A DNA stretch of 43,648 nucleotides from the NCBI GenBank assembly GCA_964555075.1, contig CAZKRE010000003.1:1-43648 (forward strand). Reading direction: 5' to 3'. The translations under genes and the position numbers were made by a program. Each line of letters begins with the position of its first letter. Position 1 is the stretch's first letter. The notes below the pieces were generated by a model. That model saw only the letters and a list, made by a program, of their open reading frames with translations, searched no databases and was not told where the DNA came from. This document shows, piece by piece, positions 26,845 to 36,867 of this stretch. This DNA comes from an uncultured Phycisphaeraceae bacterium (GTDB lineage: Bacteria; Planctomycetota; Phycisphaerae; Phycisphaerales; Phycisphaeraceae).

Positions 26845-29800
26845 ATTCCACGGTTGAAACGCCATCCACCTCACCCGACTGCTCGAGTCGGCGGATCGTG
26901 CGCTCGTACCGCTCCGTGAGGTGTTCCACGGCTCGACGGACCTCGGTGAGCTGGCCGTCCTGCCCGGCTGTCAGCCGCGTCAGCGGCTCGAGCCACGCCT
27001 TCATCAGCTCGAACTGCTCCTTCATCACATAGAGGAAGGTGGCGGGCACTTTGTTGATGACGGTGATCTCCTGCCGGCGCGGCTCGCCGTCGCCGTTGGA
27101 CGTCGGCGTTGCCGCGGCGGGCGGGGTGGCGACGCAGGCCACCGCCTCCGCAATCCGTTCGGCCGCCGCGGTGAAGGCCGCGAGAGACGCGCTGTCGAAC
27201 CGCGCTTCGAGCGGCCGGGTGGCGCGGTCATCCTCCTCCCGCGCGTGGCCGTTGACGTTCGCCGCCTCCGCCGCCGCACGGATCGTGTCGCGGATGTCAC
27301 CCAGGCTCTGATTGAACCCCGACAACTGTGTCAGCACCGCCGCCGTCTTGTCGTCTCCTCCAAGGGACCGCACCTGGTTGTTTCGCTGGAACGTCCGCCG
27401 CATGTCGTCCCACCGCGCCGCCTCGGCCTCCGTCTGGATGCCCATCAGCGCCTTGAACTTCAGCAGGTTCGCCTCCGCGCCCCGCGTGAGCGTCTGTGCG
27501 TCCTGCTCATAGCTCGAAACAATCAGCGTGCGCAGCTCCGCATCGTTCATCACCGCGGCCACCTTCTCAGCTATGCGGTTCATGTTCCGGTACGAGCCCT
27601 GTAACTGGAACGGCGGCTCCGTGCGGTACTGATCCTCCATGCCCGCGGAGCGGATGTACTCCTGGTTGACCTTGAGAACGGTGTCGCGGACGACGAGCAG
27701 CTTGCGGGTGACCTCGACCATCTCGTTGAGTTCCTCGAGGCCGTATTGCCCCTCGAACTCAAGCCCTTCACGGTTGCCGGTTTCGGCGATCTGGACGATG
27801 GCGTAGAGATCCTTTGCGCTGCGGGACGCGAGGCGGTTGAGCGTGGGGTTGCTTGTGAGCGCGTTCTCGAGGTAGCTGAGGCGAAACGCCCGCTCGTGTT
27901 CGCCGAGGTTGTCACCCAGGTTGTAGGTGTCCGCGCGATTGGCGAGCATGTCGGGGATCTGGAACTTGCCGCCGCTCTCGGTGTACGGGTTGCCCGCCAT
28001 GACGACGGCGACCTTGCGGCCGCGGAGGTCGTAGGTGCGGGTGTGACCCTTGTAGACGCCCTCGATTTTGCGCTGCGCGTCGCACAGCGAGATGAACTTC
28101 TGCAGAAACTCAGGGTGTGTGTGCTGGATGTCGTCGACGTACAGCATCACGTTGTCGCCCATCTCGAGCGCGAGGTTGAGCTTCTCGACCTCTTCGCGGG
28201 CGGCGGCGTTGGGTGCCTCCGCGGGGTCCAGCGAGGTGACGCCGTGCCCGATCGCGGGCCCGTTGACCTTCATGAAGATCAGGCCGAGCCGGTTCGCGAC
28301 GTACTCCATCAGCGTGGTCTTGCCGTAGCCGGGCGGCGAGATGACGAGCAGCATCCCCTGCCGATCCGTACGCTTCGACTCCCCCGCCGTGCCGAGCTGC
28401 TTCGCGAGGTTGTCGCCCACGAGCGGGAGGTACACCTCGTCGATCAGCTTGTTGCGGACGAAGCTCGTCAGCACACGCGGCTTGAAGTCGTCCAGCCGCA
28501 TCGAGCGGCGGGCACGCTCAAGAAGATCGTGCTTCAGCCGGGCGTAGGCTTCGAACCGGGGCAAGGCGACCGTCTCGTGATCATGGAGGCGGCGCATGAA
28601 CGCGTTGAAGTTCAGCGTCATTCGGCCGGCTTCGATCCGCGGGTGCGTCCCGGCCAGCCCGTCAAGCTCGCGCTCGACCGACGCCTGAACGATCCGTGCG
28701 ACGTCAACGTGTCCGCGGGTCAGCAGCAGCGCCGCCTCGTCGAGGTACTCCGCCGACCCGGACGCGTCGCTGCCCGCGGCGTCGCGGAACGCCTCCAGCC
28801 AGTCGCGGGCGAGCAGGAACGCCGCAAAAGGCTCGCCGACGCCGCGGACTGAACCTTCGAACGCGCGGCGGTCGCCGGTCTGACCGAGGTGCGCGTCGAA
28901 TGCCTCACGAAGCTGAACCGCCTCCGGGCTGATCGCGAACCCGCCGCCGGTCGTCATCGCCGCGAAGAGGTAGGCGGCGGCGTCATCCAGAGTCGCTGCC
29001 TCGAAGTGTCTGTGCCGCTCGACAAAGGTCGCGAGCATCGCGCGGAGCTCTGCCGTGTACCGCGCCTGCTTGCCGCTGCCGGGGAAGAGACGGGCAACCT
29101 CGGCGAAGCCGGACAACTGCGCCGCGAGCCGGTCTTTCTCCGGCCCTTCCGAGAGTTCCCACGCCAGCGACGCGAGCGTCCGCGCCGCGCTCGGGTGCCG
29201 TAGGAGCCCGATCGTGGCGTCCAGTTCGAGGAGCGCGTGGAGGATGGTCGCCGCGTCCGCGTCATGCACGCCCTTGGTGTACCCCTCGCTGTACCGAGGC
29301 GCCATGTAGCGCTGCACGTGGCCGAGCAGGGCTTCCGGCCTGTCCGCATCGGCGACAGGAACGGCCCGCTCGCGGAACATCCGATACGCCAGCCACTCCG
29401 CGCGGTACACCTCGCGGGTCTCGCTGGCCACCTCCTGGTCCCAAGCGGCCCGCGTCGCCTCGAAGGCGGCGTCGGTGATGGGCTCGAAGAAGTTCGTTCC
29501 CGCCAGATGCAGGTGCATCACGCCGTCGCGGAGGACCGTCGTCAGGTCCACCGCCTGCCGGTTCACCGCGAAGCGGTGTCGGCCGAAGCGGATGATGTTC
29601 TCGCCGTCCTCGAACAGGTCGGCACGGTCCTTGAGCTGGCGGACCGCGTCCTCGCGGATCGTCTTCAGCCGGGTCTGGATGTCATCGACGCGGACGGAGT
29701 CGCCGAAGTCGCCGAGTTCCGCGATGATTCCTCGCGCCTTCTCGATCATGAGGTCCGACGCGAAGTACCCGTCGATCTCGGCGATCGTCGTGAACCCGTC

Positions 29801-32212
29801 AACGCGGCTCTTGACGCCGCCGAGGATACGATCGGCGGCCTGCGCCAAGGCGTTCGTGCGACGGTTCCGCGCCTCGACGAGCCGCAGCTTGCGGTTCTCG
29901 AAGGCGTTGTAGACCTCCTCCCGCTTCTCCGACAACTGCAGCACGAACTCGTCGTGCTCGGCGAACCTGCCTTCGAGTTCCTCGATCTGCACCATCACCC
30001 GCGTGAGCAGGTCCTCCGCTTTCTGCGGCGTGTCCGCGATGTCGAGGTAGCTCACCACGCCCTGATTCAGCAGCTTGAGCTGGCTGTTGAACTCCGCCAC
30101 CCCCTCGGCCTTGCCCAGCTCCCGCGCGCGGTTCTTCAGCCGGGCACGCGCCGCGTTGAGGGTCGAGAACACGGCCCCGATCCCGTCGATGATCTCCGTC
30201 CGTTGCGTGGCGTCGTCGATCCGGAGGTTCCCGACGATCTCGACGAGCATCTCCAGCTCGCGCGAGGCCGTATCAATCTCCGCCCCCAACGCCCTGGCGT
30301 CGAAGCCTTTCTCGACCCCCTCGATCCGCTCGCCGAAGGCCGCGGCGCTCTGGCGGTACGGGTCGAGTGCGTCGGGCTTGAGGAGGTAGTCGACCGTGCG
30401 GCGGCTGATGTCGTCCGCCTGCGCGACGAGATCACGTTCGAGCGCGTCCACCGCCTCGCGAACAACGTACCGCAGCTCGCGCAGGCCGATCACTTCGCCC
30501 CGGAGTTCCCGCAGCCCCGCCAGCGCCCGCACGTAGCCGTGGATGTCGTCGTAGATGCGGGTGGCATTGGCGTTGAGCAGTTCGCCCGCCCGCCGGGTAA
30601 CGTCGGCGACGCGGTCGCGGGTTGTCTTGCGAATCCGCGTGACCTTCTCGAACTCCCCCACCGCCGCCTGCGCTGTGGCTCGGATCTCGCGCAGCGCCTC
30701 CGCGAGGTTCCCGGCCTCCGGCTGGTCGAGCCAGAAGTATGCGTCGAGCACGTTCCCCGCAGACCGCACCAGGTCGAGGTAAACCTCCGCATACGCCTCT
30801 TCCCGCTGCACGAGCTTCAGGACGTCCACACACTCGGCCATTGCGCGGACGATGTCGCGGTTGCCGATCTTGAAGAGCATCGAATCGCTCTTCCGGTCCG
30901 GCACATGGTTAGGGCCGACGTAGGGAGTCTGCCAGATCTGAAGGGCGTGGTGCTTCTGCGGCTCGTCCCCCGGCGGGAGTTTGAAGAAGACCATCGTCCC
31001 GTCGTCGAACAGCGAGAAGCCGTGACAGAGCACCGGCGTCTCCACCCGCTGCTCGATGAGGTTGTACGACAGCAGCGCGTAGTCGCCCCGTTCCCGGTGG
31101 TAGAACACGAACAGCGTGTCCTCTCCGTTCGGACTCGGCAGGCGGCGGTCGAACGCCATCGCGCCCGCTTCGTGCGGGAACACCGTCCGGTCGCCGCTCG
31201 CGAGGTAGTAGCCGTTCGAGAAGATGATGCCGTGATCGTCCGGAAGCAGGACGCAGGCGTCGGCGACCGCGTCAAGCCGGACGACCTCCTTCAGCTTCTC
31301 GTTGAAAACAAAGTGGCGGAACGCTTTCTCCTGGTACGGCCGGACCTTCAGGAGCACGAGGTGCCCCAGCTCCGCGTAGTAGAACTCCGCGTCGTCGAGC
31401 GACTGGTCCGCGTTTTCAACCGGCTCCGAGTAGATGCCGTGCCCACTCGCGGTGTTGTCCTCGACCTTGATGGTCAAGTCGCCCGCGACCGTCTCGACGA
31501 AGACCTTTTCGGCGATCGAAACGTGCGGGTGGTCGCCCAGGCGGTGGTGGTCGCGCGTCGCCCGCTTCCACTCGAACTCGTGTTGCGGGGGGTAGCGGAC
31601 CTCGTGGTCGCTCCGCGCGTCGATGTACTCGAGACTCCGTGGCTTGCTGTCGTCCCCCAAGACAACCCGCCACTTGAACGCCTTGAAGTCGTCCGGCGTC
31701 TTGCCCACGTGGAACTTCATATACAGGTGCGGCCCGCGGGCGTGGAACTTCACGAACCGGGCGCCCTTGTAGTACCGGTAGAGGTCGCGGAAGTCTTTCT
31801 CGAACCGGTCATCGTTCAGCAGGTCGAGCGTTTCGGCATGAAATGTCTGCTCCGCCCGGTCAAAGCGGTAAACGGCGAACACGTCGCCGACGTGCGTCTC
31901 GCTCCGCAGCCCGAACTGCACGTTGTAGCCGAAGAGGAACCGCTCCCCCAGCGCCACCATGTCGCGCGGAACGCAGTTGTGTTCGGTCGTCACCCGCTCG
32001 GTTGCGAGCAGCTTCGTCTCAATCGCGCCGAACACTTCCTTACGCGTGGCGTTCAGCGCTTCCAGGCGGTTGCGGAGCTCGTCGGCCTGGCCCACGAGCC
32101 GGTTGCGGAGGATCTCGTACGTCCCCCGCTCGAGCCGGTCGCCGCTCGCGTCGTCGCGCGCAGTCGCCTGAGGAGCGTTGTCGCCCGAGGTTGTCGTTCC
32201 GTTCTCCGCCAT
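26843..32212 (-). CDS. Giant (1789 aa) soluble protein with one MoxR-like AAA+ ATPase module, at residues about 1290-1430 (nt about 27930-28350). It sits between a beta-rich N-terminal region and long alpha-helical/coiled-coil regions. Function unknown.
   Basis: Walker A SPPGYGKTT (Lys codon at 28319-28321). Walker B VMLYVDDIQH...EFLQKFISL. Sensor/arginine segment VVMAGNPYTESGGKFQIPDMLANRA aligns with the MoxR ATQNP..EGTYPLPEAQLDRF motif. No TM helices. Co-oriented and 70 nt downstream of yqiK. Confidence 0.7.
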   Translation of the reverse strand: MAENGTTTSGDNAPQATARDDASGDRLERGTYEILRNRLVGQADELRNRLEALNATRKEVFGAIETKLLATERVTTEHNCVPRDMVALGERFLFGYNVQFGLRSETHVGDVFAVYRFDRAEQTFHAETLDLLNDDRFEKDFRDLYRYYKGARFVKFHARGPHLYMKFHVGKTPDDFKAFKWRVVLGDDSKPRSLEYIDARSDHEVRYPPQHEFEWKRATRDHHRLGDHPHVSIAEKVFVETVAGDLTIKVEDNTASGHGIYSEPVENADQSLDDAEFYYAELGHLVLLKVRPYQEKAFRHFVFNEKLKEVVRLDAVADACVLLPDDHGIIFSNGYYLASGDRTVFPHEAGAMAFDRRLPSPNGEDTLFVFYHRERGDYALLSYNLIEQRVETPVLCHGFSLFDDGTMVFFKLPPGDEPQKHHALQIWQTPYVGPNHVPDRKSDSMLFKIGNRDIVRAMAECVDVLKLVQREEAYAEVYLDLVRSAGNVLDAYFWLDQPEAGNLAEALREIRATAQAAVGEFEKVTRIRKTTRDRVADVTRRAGELLNANATRIYDDIHGYVRALAGLRELRGEVIGLRELRYVVREAVDALERDLVAQADDISRRTVDYLLKPDALDPYRQSAAAFGERIEGVEKGFDARALGAEIDTASRELEMLVEIVGNLRIDDATQRTEIIDGIGAVFSTLNAARARLKNRARELGKAEGVAEFNSQLKLLNQGVVSYLDIADTPQKAEDLLTRVMVQIEELEGRFAEHDEFVLQLSEKREEVYNAFENRKLRLVEARNRRTNALAQAADRILGGVKSRVDGFTTIAEIDGYFASDLMIEKARGIIAELGDFGDSVRVDDIQTRLKTIREDAVRQLKDRADLFEDGENIIRFGRHRFAVNRQAVDLTTVLRDGVMHLHLAGTNFFEPITDAAFEATRAAWDQEVASETREVYRAEWLAYRMFRERAVPVADADRPEALLGHVQRYMAPRYSEGYTKGVHDADAATILHALLELDATIGLLRHPSAARTLASLAWELSEGPEKDRLAAQLSGFAEVARLFPGSGKQARYTAELRAMLATFVERHRHFEAATLDDAAAYLFAAMTTGGGFAISPEAVQLREAFDAHLGQTGDRRAFEGSVRGVGEPFAAFLLARDWLEAFRDAAGSDASGSAEYLDEAALLLTRGHVDVARIVQASVERELDGLAGTHPRIEAGRMTLNFNAFMRRLHDHETVALPRFEAYARLKHDLLERARRSMRLDDFKPRVLTSFVRNKLIDEVYLPLVGDNLAKQLGTAGESKRTDRQGMLLVISPPGYGKTTLMEYVANRLGLIFMKVNGPAIGHGVTSLDPAEAPNAAAREEVEKLNLALEMGDNVMLYVDDIQHTHPEFLQKFISLCDAQRKIEGVYKGHTRTYDLRGRKVAVVMAGNPYTESGGKFQIPDMLANRADTYNLGDNLGEHERAFRLSYLENALTSNPTLNRLASRSAKDLYAIVQIAETGNREGLEFEGQYGLEELNEMVEVTRKLLVVRDTVLKVNQEYIRSAGMEDQYRTEPPFQLQGSYRNMNRIAEKVAAVMNDAELRTLIVSSYEQDAQTLTRGAEANLLKFKALMGIQTEAEAARWDDMRRTFQRNNQVRSLGGDDKTAAVLTQLSGFNQSLGDIRDTIRAAAEAANVNGHAREEDDRATRPLEARFDSASLAAFTAAAERIAEAVACVATPPAAATPTSNGDGEPRRQEITVINKVPATFLYVMKEQFELMKAWLEPLTRLTAGQDGQLTEVRRAVEHLTERYERTIRRLEQSGEVDGVSTVE

Positions 32213-32282
32213 TACCGGGCTCGCGGGGTGCAGTCAGTGAGTACAGAGCGATAGGTATGGTGCGCGGCCGCGCGCCCGCCGG

Positions 32283-34364
32283 TCAGAGACCGCCCTGCCG
32301 GAGCAGGTCACCCACCGGCTGACCGTCGAGCCCGTTCTGCCGAACCAGACCCAGAAGGCCCTTGAGTTCGCCCCGCAGGCTTTCGGTGTCCGCCACGGTG
32401 ATCATCTTCGCGATGGCGGCGGCGATGGTCAGGTTCTTCACGTCATCTGAAGTCATGTTGAACTTGCCGAGGAAGTGCCCGAGCCGTTCCCGGAAGTCGC
32501 CGCCCTCCCCGCCGTTCCCGTTGACTTCGAAGAACGTGTCACGGACGCGCTGGATCGTGCCCGAGGAGTCGACCAGCCGCTCCACCCGCTTGCCGGCGGT
32601 GACGGCGTCCATGATCTGACGGAAGAACATGCTCTCGCCGCCAACGATGTCGATCTTGGCGGACTTCATCGCTTCGGCAAGCACCTTCGCCTGCTCCGCC
32701 GCGATATCCTTGGCGATGTTGATCTCGGCGAGCTGGATTTGAAGGTCACGGTCGAGACGGAGCTTGAACTCCTCGTGCTCCCGGCCGACCCCGTCGAGCT
32801 TCTTCATCGCCTCGGCCTTCGCCGCGGTGCCCTGGGCCTCTGCGTCGTACCTCAGCCGTAGCGCCTCCGCCTCCGCCGTGCCGCGCTTCGCGATCACGTC
32901 CGCCTCCGCGGCGCCGTACTTCTGCGTGGCGTCTGCCTTCGCCTCCATCACCTCGGCCTCGGCGAGGCCCGCCGCTGCGGCCTCGGCCGCCGTCGCTTCT
33001 GCCAGCAGCTTCTTCCCCGCCGCTTCCTTCTCCGCGGCCGCCCGCTTCGCCTCAGCCTCCACGAGCATCTCGTTCGCACGGTGCCTCGACGCCAGCTCCT
33101 CGGCCTCGGCGGCCTTGACATGCTTCACCATGTCCTGCTCCGCGGCCGCCTGCGCCGCGACCACCTGCACCTTCTTCGCCCGCTCCGCCGTCGCAAACTC
33201 CTGCGTGTCCTTGATCCGCTCCTGCTCCTCGACCACCGCCCGCTCGACCACCACCCGCTCGCGGATTACGTCCTGGATCGACTTCCGCTGCGCCTCGAGC
33301 GCTTTCTCCTTCTCGATCCGCGCCAGCTCCACGACCCGCTCACGCTCCACCGCCTCGAGCGCCTGCTCCCGCTTCACCCGCTCGAGCTCAACCGCGTCCG
33401 CCCGCTCCTTGTTCCGCTGCGCGACGAGGATCGTCCGCGATTTGTTCTCCTCCGCGATCCCCAGTTCCTCGTCCGTCGTGATCTTCGCCCGCTCGCCGCG
33501 GATCCGCTCCTCCTCGGCCACCTGCATCCACTGCGCCTTCTCCCGCGCCCGAACGGTCTGGATCTCCCGCTCCTGCCTCGCCTCCGCCTCGGCCTGCTGC
33601 CGCTCGAGTTCGAGGATCGCTTCCCGCGCCTCGACGTCCTGTTTCTTGATCGTCTTCTCTCGCTCGCGGTTGATGCTGTTGGCGAACATCGCCTCGCGGG
33701 CCGTGAGCTCCGTGATCTTCTTGATGCCCTCCGCATCCAGGATGTTGTTCGGGTCGAGGTTCTCGACGTCCGTCTGCTCGAGGTAGTCGATCGCGGCATC
33801 ATCGAGCACGTAGCCGTTCAGCTCCGTCCCGATGTGGGTGATGATGGCCTCCTTGAACCGGTCCCTTTCCGTGTAGAGCTCGGTGAAGTCGAACTTCTTG
33901 CCGACCGTCTTGAGCGCCTCGCTGAACTTCGCGTCGAACAGCTCCACGAGCTTGAGCTCGTCCGATGCCCGCCCGCACCCGATCGACTGGGCCACCGTCA
34001 GGACGTCCTGGGCCGCGTTGTTCACGCGTACGAAGAACGCCACCTTGATGTCCGCCCGCACGTTGTCCCGGCAGATCAGCCCCTCCGACCCGTGCCGGAA
34101 GATCTCCACCCGCTTGAGGGAGATGTCCATCACCTCCGGCCGGTGCAGGATCGGGACGATCGTCGCGCCGTTGAAGAAGACCTTCATCCCGCCCACGCCC
34201 GTGCGGACGATCGCCGTCCCCGGCTCGACCTTGCGGTAGAACCGGGATACCACAACCAAGGTCCCGGCGACCGCGATGATGAGGATCAGTACCCCGATCC
34301 CCGCGATCCCGCCCACGACCTCCGCCTGCGCCAATAGCATCGAGAAATCACGCACCACCCACAC
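32283..34364 (-). CDS. yqiK: Flotillin-like SPFH/band-7 protein (YqiK family). N-terminal TM anchor, SPFH domain, and an extended Glu/Ala-rich coiled coil.
   Basis: Matches YqiK/flotillin: the TM helix, then AIVRTGVGGMKVFFNGATIVPILH, the SPFH core, and EA-repeat coiled coil. The exact start is ambiguous between GTGs at 34364/34358/34355 and an ATG at 34340. GGAAGGAG overlaps the yqiJ stop. Confidence 0.85.
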   Translation of the reverse strand: MWVVRDFSMLLAQAEVVGGIAGIGVLILIIAVAGTLVVVSRFYRKVEPGTAIVRTGVGGMKVFFNGATIVPILHRPEVMDISLKRVEIFRHGSEGLICRDNVRADIKVAFFVRVNNAAQDVLTVAQSIGCGRASDELKLVELFDAKFSEALKTVGKKFDFTELYTERDRFKEAIITHIGTELNGYVLDDAAIDYLEQTDVENLDPNNILDAEGIKKITELTAREAMFANSINREREKTIKKQDVEAREAILELERQQAEAEARQEREIQTVRAREKAQWMQVAEEERIRGERAKITTDEELGIAEENKSRTILVAQRNKERADAVELERVKREQALEAVERERVVELARIEKEKALEAQRKSIQDVIRERVVVERAVVEEQERIKDTQEFATAERAKKVQVVAAQAAAEQDMVKHVKAAEAEELASRHRANEMLVEAEAKRAAAEKEAAGKKLLAEATAAEAAAAGLAEAEVMEAKADATQKYGAAEADVIAKRGTAEAEALRLRYDAEAQGTAAKAEAMKKLDGVGREHEEFKLRLDRDLQIQLAEINIAKDIAAEQAKVLAEAMKSAKIDIVGGESMFFRQIMDAVTAGKRVERLVDSSGTIQRVRDTFFEVNGNGGEGGDFRERLGHFLGKFNMTSDDVKNLTIAAAIAKMITVADTESLRGELKGLLGLVRQNGLDGQPVGDLLRQGGL

Positions 34365-34373
34365 TCCTTCCCG

Positions 34374-35087
34374 TCAGAACCCGCGGACGTAGTACACGCC
34401 CGCCCGTTCGTCCTGTTCAACGATCACCGCCTCGTCCCCGCGGGCGAGTGCGTCTTCGTGTCTCGTCCGCACGTTCAGCAGCAACGGCGCGCCGCCCGTT
34501 GAGAACTCCGCCTGCCCGGTCGTCCCCGTCACGCGCGAGGAGGTGACGCGGCAGACCTTGCCGATCAGCTGCAGGTCCGCCCGCCGCTCCTCTTCCCGCA
34601 TCGCGCGGAAGAGCCGCTTGAGCGGCCACGTCACCGCCTTCATCACCAGCGTCGCCACGGCGAATGCCGCCACGAGCAGCGCCACCTGTAACAGGGGCGT
34701 CCAGTCCCGCGTCACCGGGTACAGCCCGACGCTGATCGCCCACATCACGAACGCGAGCACCGTCAGCACGACCATCAGCGGCACGTCGCCGAGGTTGAAG
34801 AATCGCAGCACCGCCGTGGAGACACCCACTTCCGCGACCGACGTCTGTGCCCCGGACGCCGCGCCGTCGCCGACCGCGTCGAACTCCGCGCCTCCCCCGG
34901 CCGCGCCGCCGGACCCGGCGTCAAGCCCCGGATCGAGATCGCCGCCACCCACCTCGAGATCCACGTCGAGCGCGTCCGCCGAGATCCCCCCGACCACCAC
35001 GATCAGCCAGTAGACGCCGCACAACCCCAGCAGTACGGTCAGCCAAAGGTTCGTCGGTGCGAAGATGGCTTCGAAGAAAGGGCCCAT
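34374..35087 (-). CDS. yqiJ: NfeD-like/YqiJ-family membrane protein (OB-fold C-terminus), the cognate partner of SPFH proteins.
   Basis: Four TM helices, an acidic linker, and a C-terminal OB-fold segment (VTSSRVTGTTGQAEF...VIVEQDERAGVYYVRGF). It ends 9 nt before yqiK. ATG at 35087 is 5 nt after GGGGAGA. Confidence 0.75.
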   Translation of the reverse strand: MGPFFEAIFAPTNLWLTVLLGLCGVYWLIVVVGGISADALDVDLEVGGGDLDPGLDAGSGGAAGGGAEFDAVGDGAASGAQTSVAEVGVSTAVLRFFNLGDVPLMVVLTVLAFVMWAISVGLYPVTRDWTPLLQVALLVAAFAVATLVMKAVTWPLKRLFRAMREEERRADLQLIGKVCRVTSSRVTGTTGQAEFSTGGAPLLLNVRTRHEDALARGDEAVIVEQDERAGVYYVRGF

Positions 35088-35418
35088 GGGTCTCCCCACC
35101 GCGATGACGACCGCATCCCGGATCGAGGCGCCTCGTGCCTCGCCCCCTGAGACTTGAGTGTGACTATATCAAAGCGGACGTCCCGCTCGTGCGGCCGGCT
35201 CGGAGGTTCGTCCCGCTTCTGCGAGGCGGCGCAACGGGTCGGAGTGGCCGCGGTCCAGATCCCATGGAGGACGCGCGGGTGTGGTAGCCACACGCCGTCG
35301 ACGATCGCCGCTGAGCCATCCGATCCAACCCGCTCGGCGGCTCAATGGATATTGCCATATACTTGTCTTTAGACGCGGCCGCTTTCCTTGCCCGCGTGAC
35401 GCCTTCCCGGAGCACCCG

Positions 35419-36867
35419 ATGACCCAGACGAAACAGATCCGCCCCGCGCCCCGCGTGATTCAGGGAGGCATGGGTGCCGGCGTCTCCAACTGGCGCCTCG
35501 CCCGCCGCGTCGCTGAACTCGGTGGCCTCGGCGTCGTGTCCGCGACCGGGATCGACACCATCCTCGTCCGCGAACTGCAGCAGGGCGACCCCCATGGCCG
35601 GTTGGCCGTCCTCGCGTCCTATCCGGACCGGGCCATCGTTGCGGAACTGTCCGAGCGTTTCTTCGTCGAAGGTGGCATCGCCGATGGCGCGCCGTTCAAA
35701 CTGCTCCCGATCCACGGCTTCAAGCCCTCCGTCCGCTCGCAGCGAATCCTCGCCGCCGCCGCGTACAGCGAGGTCGCCCTCGCGAAGCGGGGCCATGAAG
35801 GACAGGTCGGCATCAACCTGCTCACAAAACTCAAACGCCACTCCCTCGCGAGCATCTACGGCGCTCTGCTCGCGGGTGTCGATGCGGTGCTCATGGGTGC
35901 CGGCATCCCGCTCGAGGAAGCCGCGCAGATCCCCCGGCTGGCGGCGGGCGAGCCCGGACGTCTCCGGCTGGAGGTCGACACCTCCGCCGCGACGGACCCG
36001 ACGGCCGAGTACTTCTACGACTTCGACCCCCGCTGCGTTACCGACCCGCCGCCGGTACTGCAGCGGCCGGCGTTCTACCCCATCATCTCCTCCGACCTGC
36101 TCGCCCGCGTTCTGGCGAAGAAGCTGCCCCGCGAGGGGGTCACCGGCTGGATCATCGAAACCCCCATCGCGGGCGGGCACAACGCCCCGCCGCGTGGGAA
36201 GCAGTACGACGAGCAACAGAACCCCGTGTATGACAGCCGTGACCAGACCAACCTCGATGCGGTCGCTGCGCTCGGCTACCCCTTCTATCTTGCGGGTGGC
36301 TACGCCACCCCGGAGAAGCTGCGCGAGGCCCTCGCAGCCGGCGCGGCGGGGGTCCAGGTCGGCTCGCTCTTCTCGCTCGCCGACGAGTCGGGTTACCCGG
36401 CTGATTACAAGCGGCGGCTCATCGAGGCGATCCACCGCAAAGAGGTCTCCATCCGCACGGATGGCCGGATCTCGCCCACCGGCTTCCCGTTCAAGGTCGT
36501 CGAGAGCAGAGGCGTTTGGCCGCCCGTGCCCAGGCCCGAGGAGCGTCGCCGCATCTGCGACCTCGGCTACCTGCAGACCGCGGTGGTGGACGGAAACGGC
36601 CGCCTCCAAGGCCGGTGCCCTGCGGAGCCGGTGGACACCTATGTCCGCAAAGGGGGCGAGGAGAGTGAGACCGTTCGCCGCGGCTGCCTCTGCAACGGCT
36701 TGATGGCGAACATCGGCGTAGGCCAGCGGCGGTCCTGGGGGGAGGAGCCGCCGCTTTTCACGGCCGGCGACGAGATCCTGCATCTGTCGCTCGGCTCGAT
36801 CGAGACCCCCCACTACGCCGCGGCAGACGTGATGGACTACCTCCAAGCCGCCGAAGCCGCGACCTAG
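35419..36867 (+). CDS. Nitronate monooxygenase (2-nitropropane dioxygenase-like FMN enzyme), long form with a Cys-containing C-terminal extension.
   Basis: GGMGAGVS FMN-binding signature near the N-terminus and the overall NMO TIM-barrel pattern. ATG at 35419 is 7 nt after GGAG. Confidence 0.8.
   Translation: MTQTKQIRPAPRVIQGGMGAGVSNWRLARRVAELGGLGVVSATGIDTILVRELQQGDPHGRLAVLASYPDRAIVAELSERFFVEGGIADGAPFKLLPIHGFKPSVRSQRILAAAAYSEVALAKRGHEGQVGINLLTKLKRHSLASIYGALLAGVDAVLMGAGIPLEEAAQIPRLAAGEPGRLRLEVDTSAATDPTAEYFYDFDPRCVTDPPPVLQRPAFYPIISSDLLARVLAKKLPREGVTGWIIETPIAGGHNAPPRGKQYDEQQNPVYDSRDQTNLDAVAALGYPFYLAGGYATPEKLREALAAGAAGVQVGSLFSLADESGYPADYKRRLIEAIHRKEVSIRTDGRISPTGFPFKVVESRGVWPPVPRPEERRRICDLGYLQTAVVDGNGRLQGRCPAEPVDTYVRKGGEESETVRRGCLCNGLMANIGVGQRRSWGEEPPLFTAGDEILHLSLGSIETPHYAAADVMDYLQAAEAAT

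Noticed and set aside
26843-32212. Possible VWA/MIDAS motif (D-A-S-G-S) in the giant AAA+ protein, which would make it a self-contained MoxR-VWA fusion.
   Set aside because: The DxSxS-like string is not preceded by the hydrophobic beta-strand of VWA domains, and no downstream Thr/Asp MIDAS residues are evident. It is likely a chance match.
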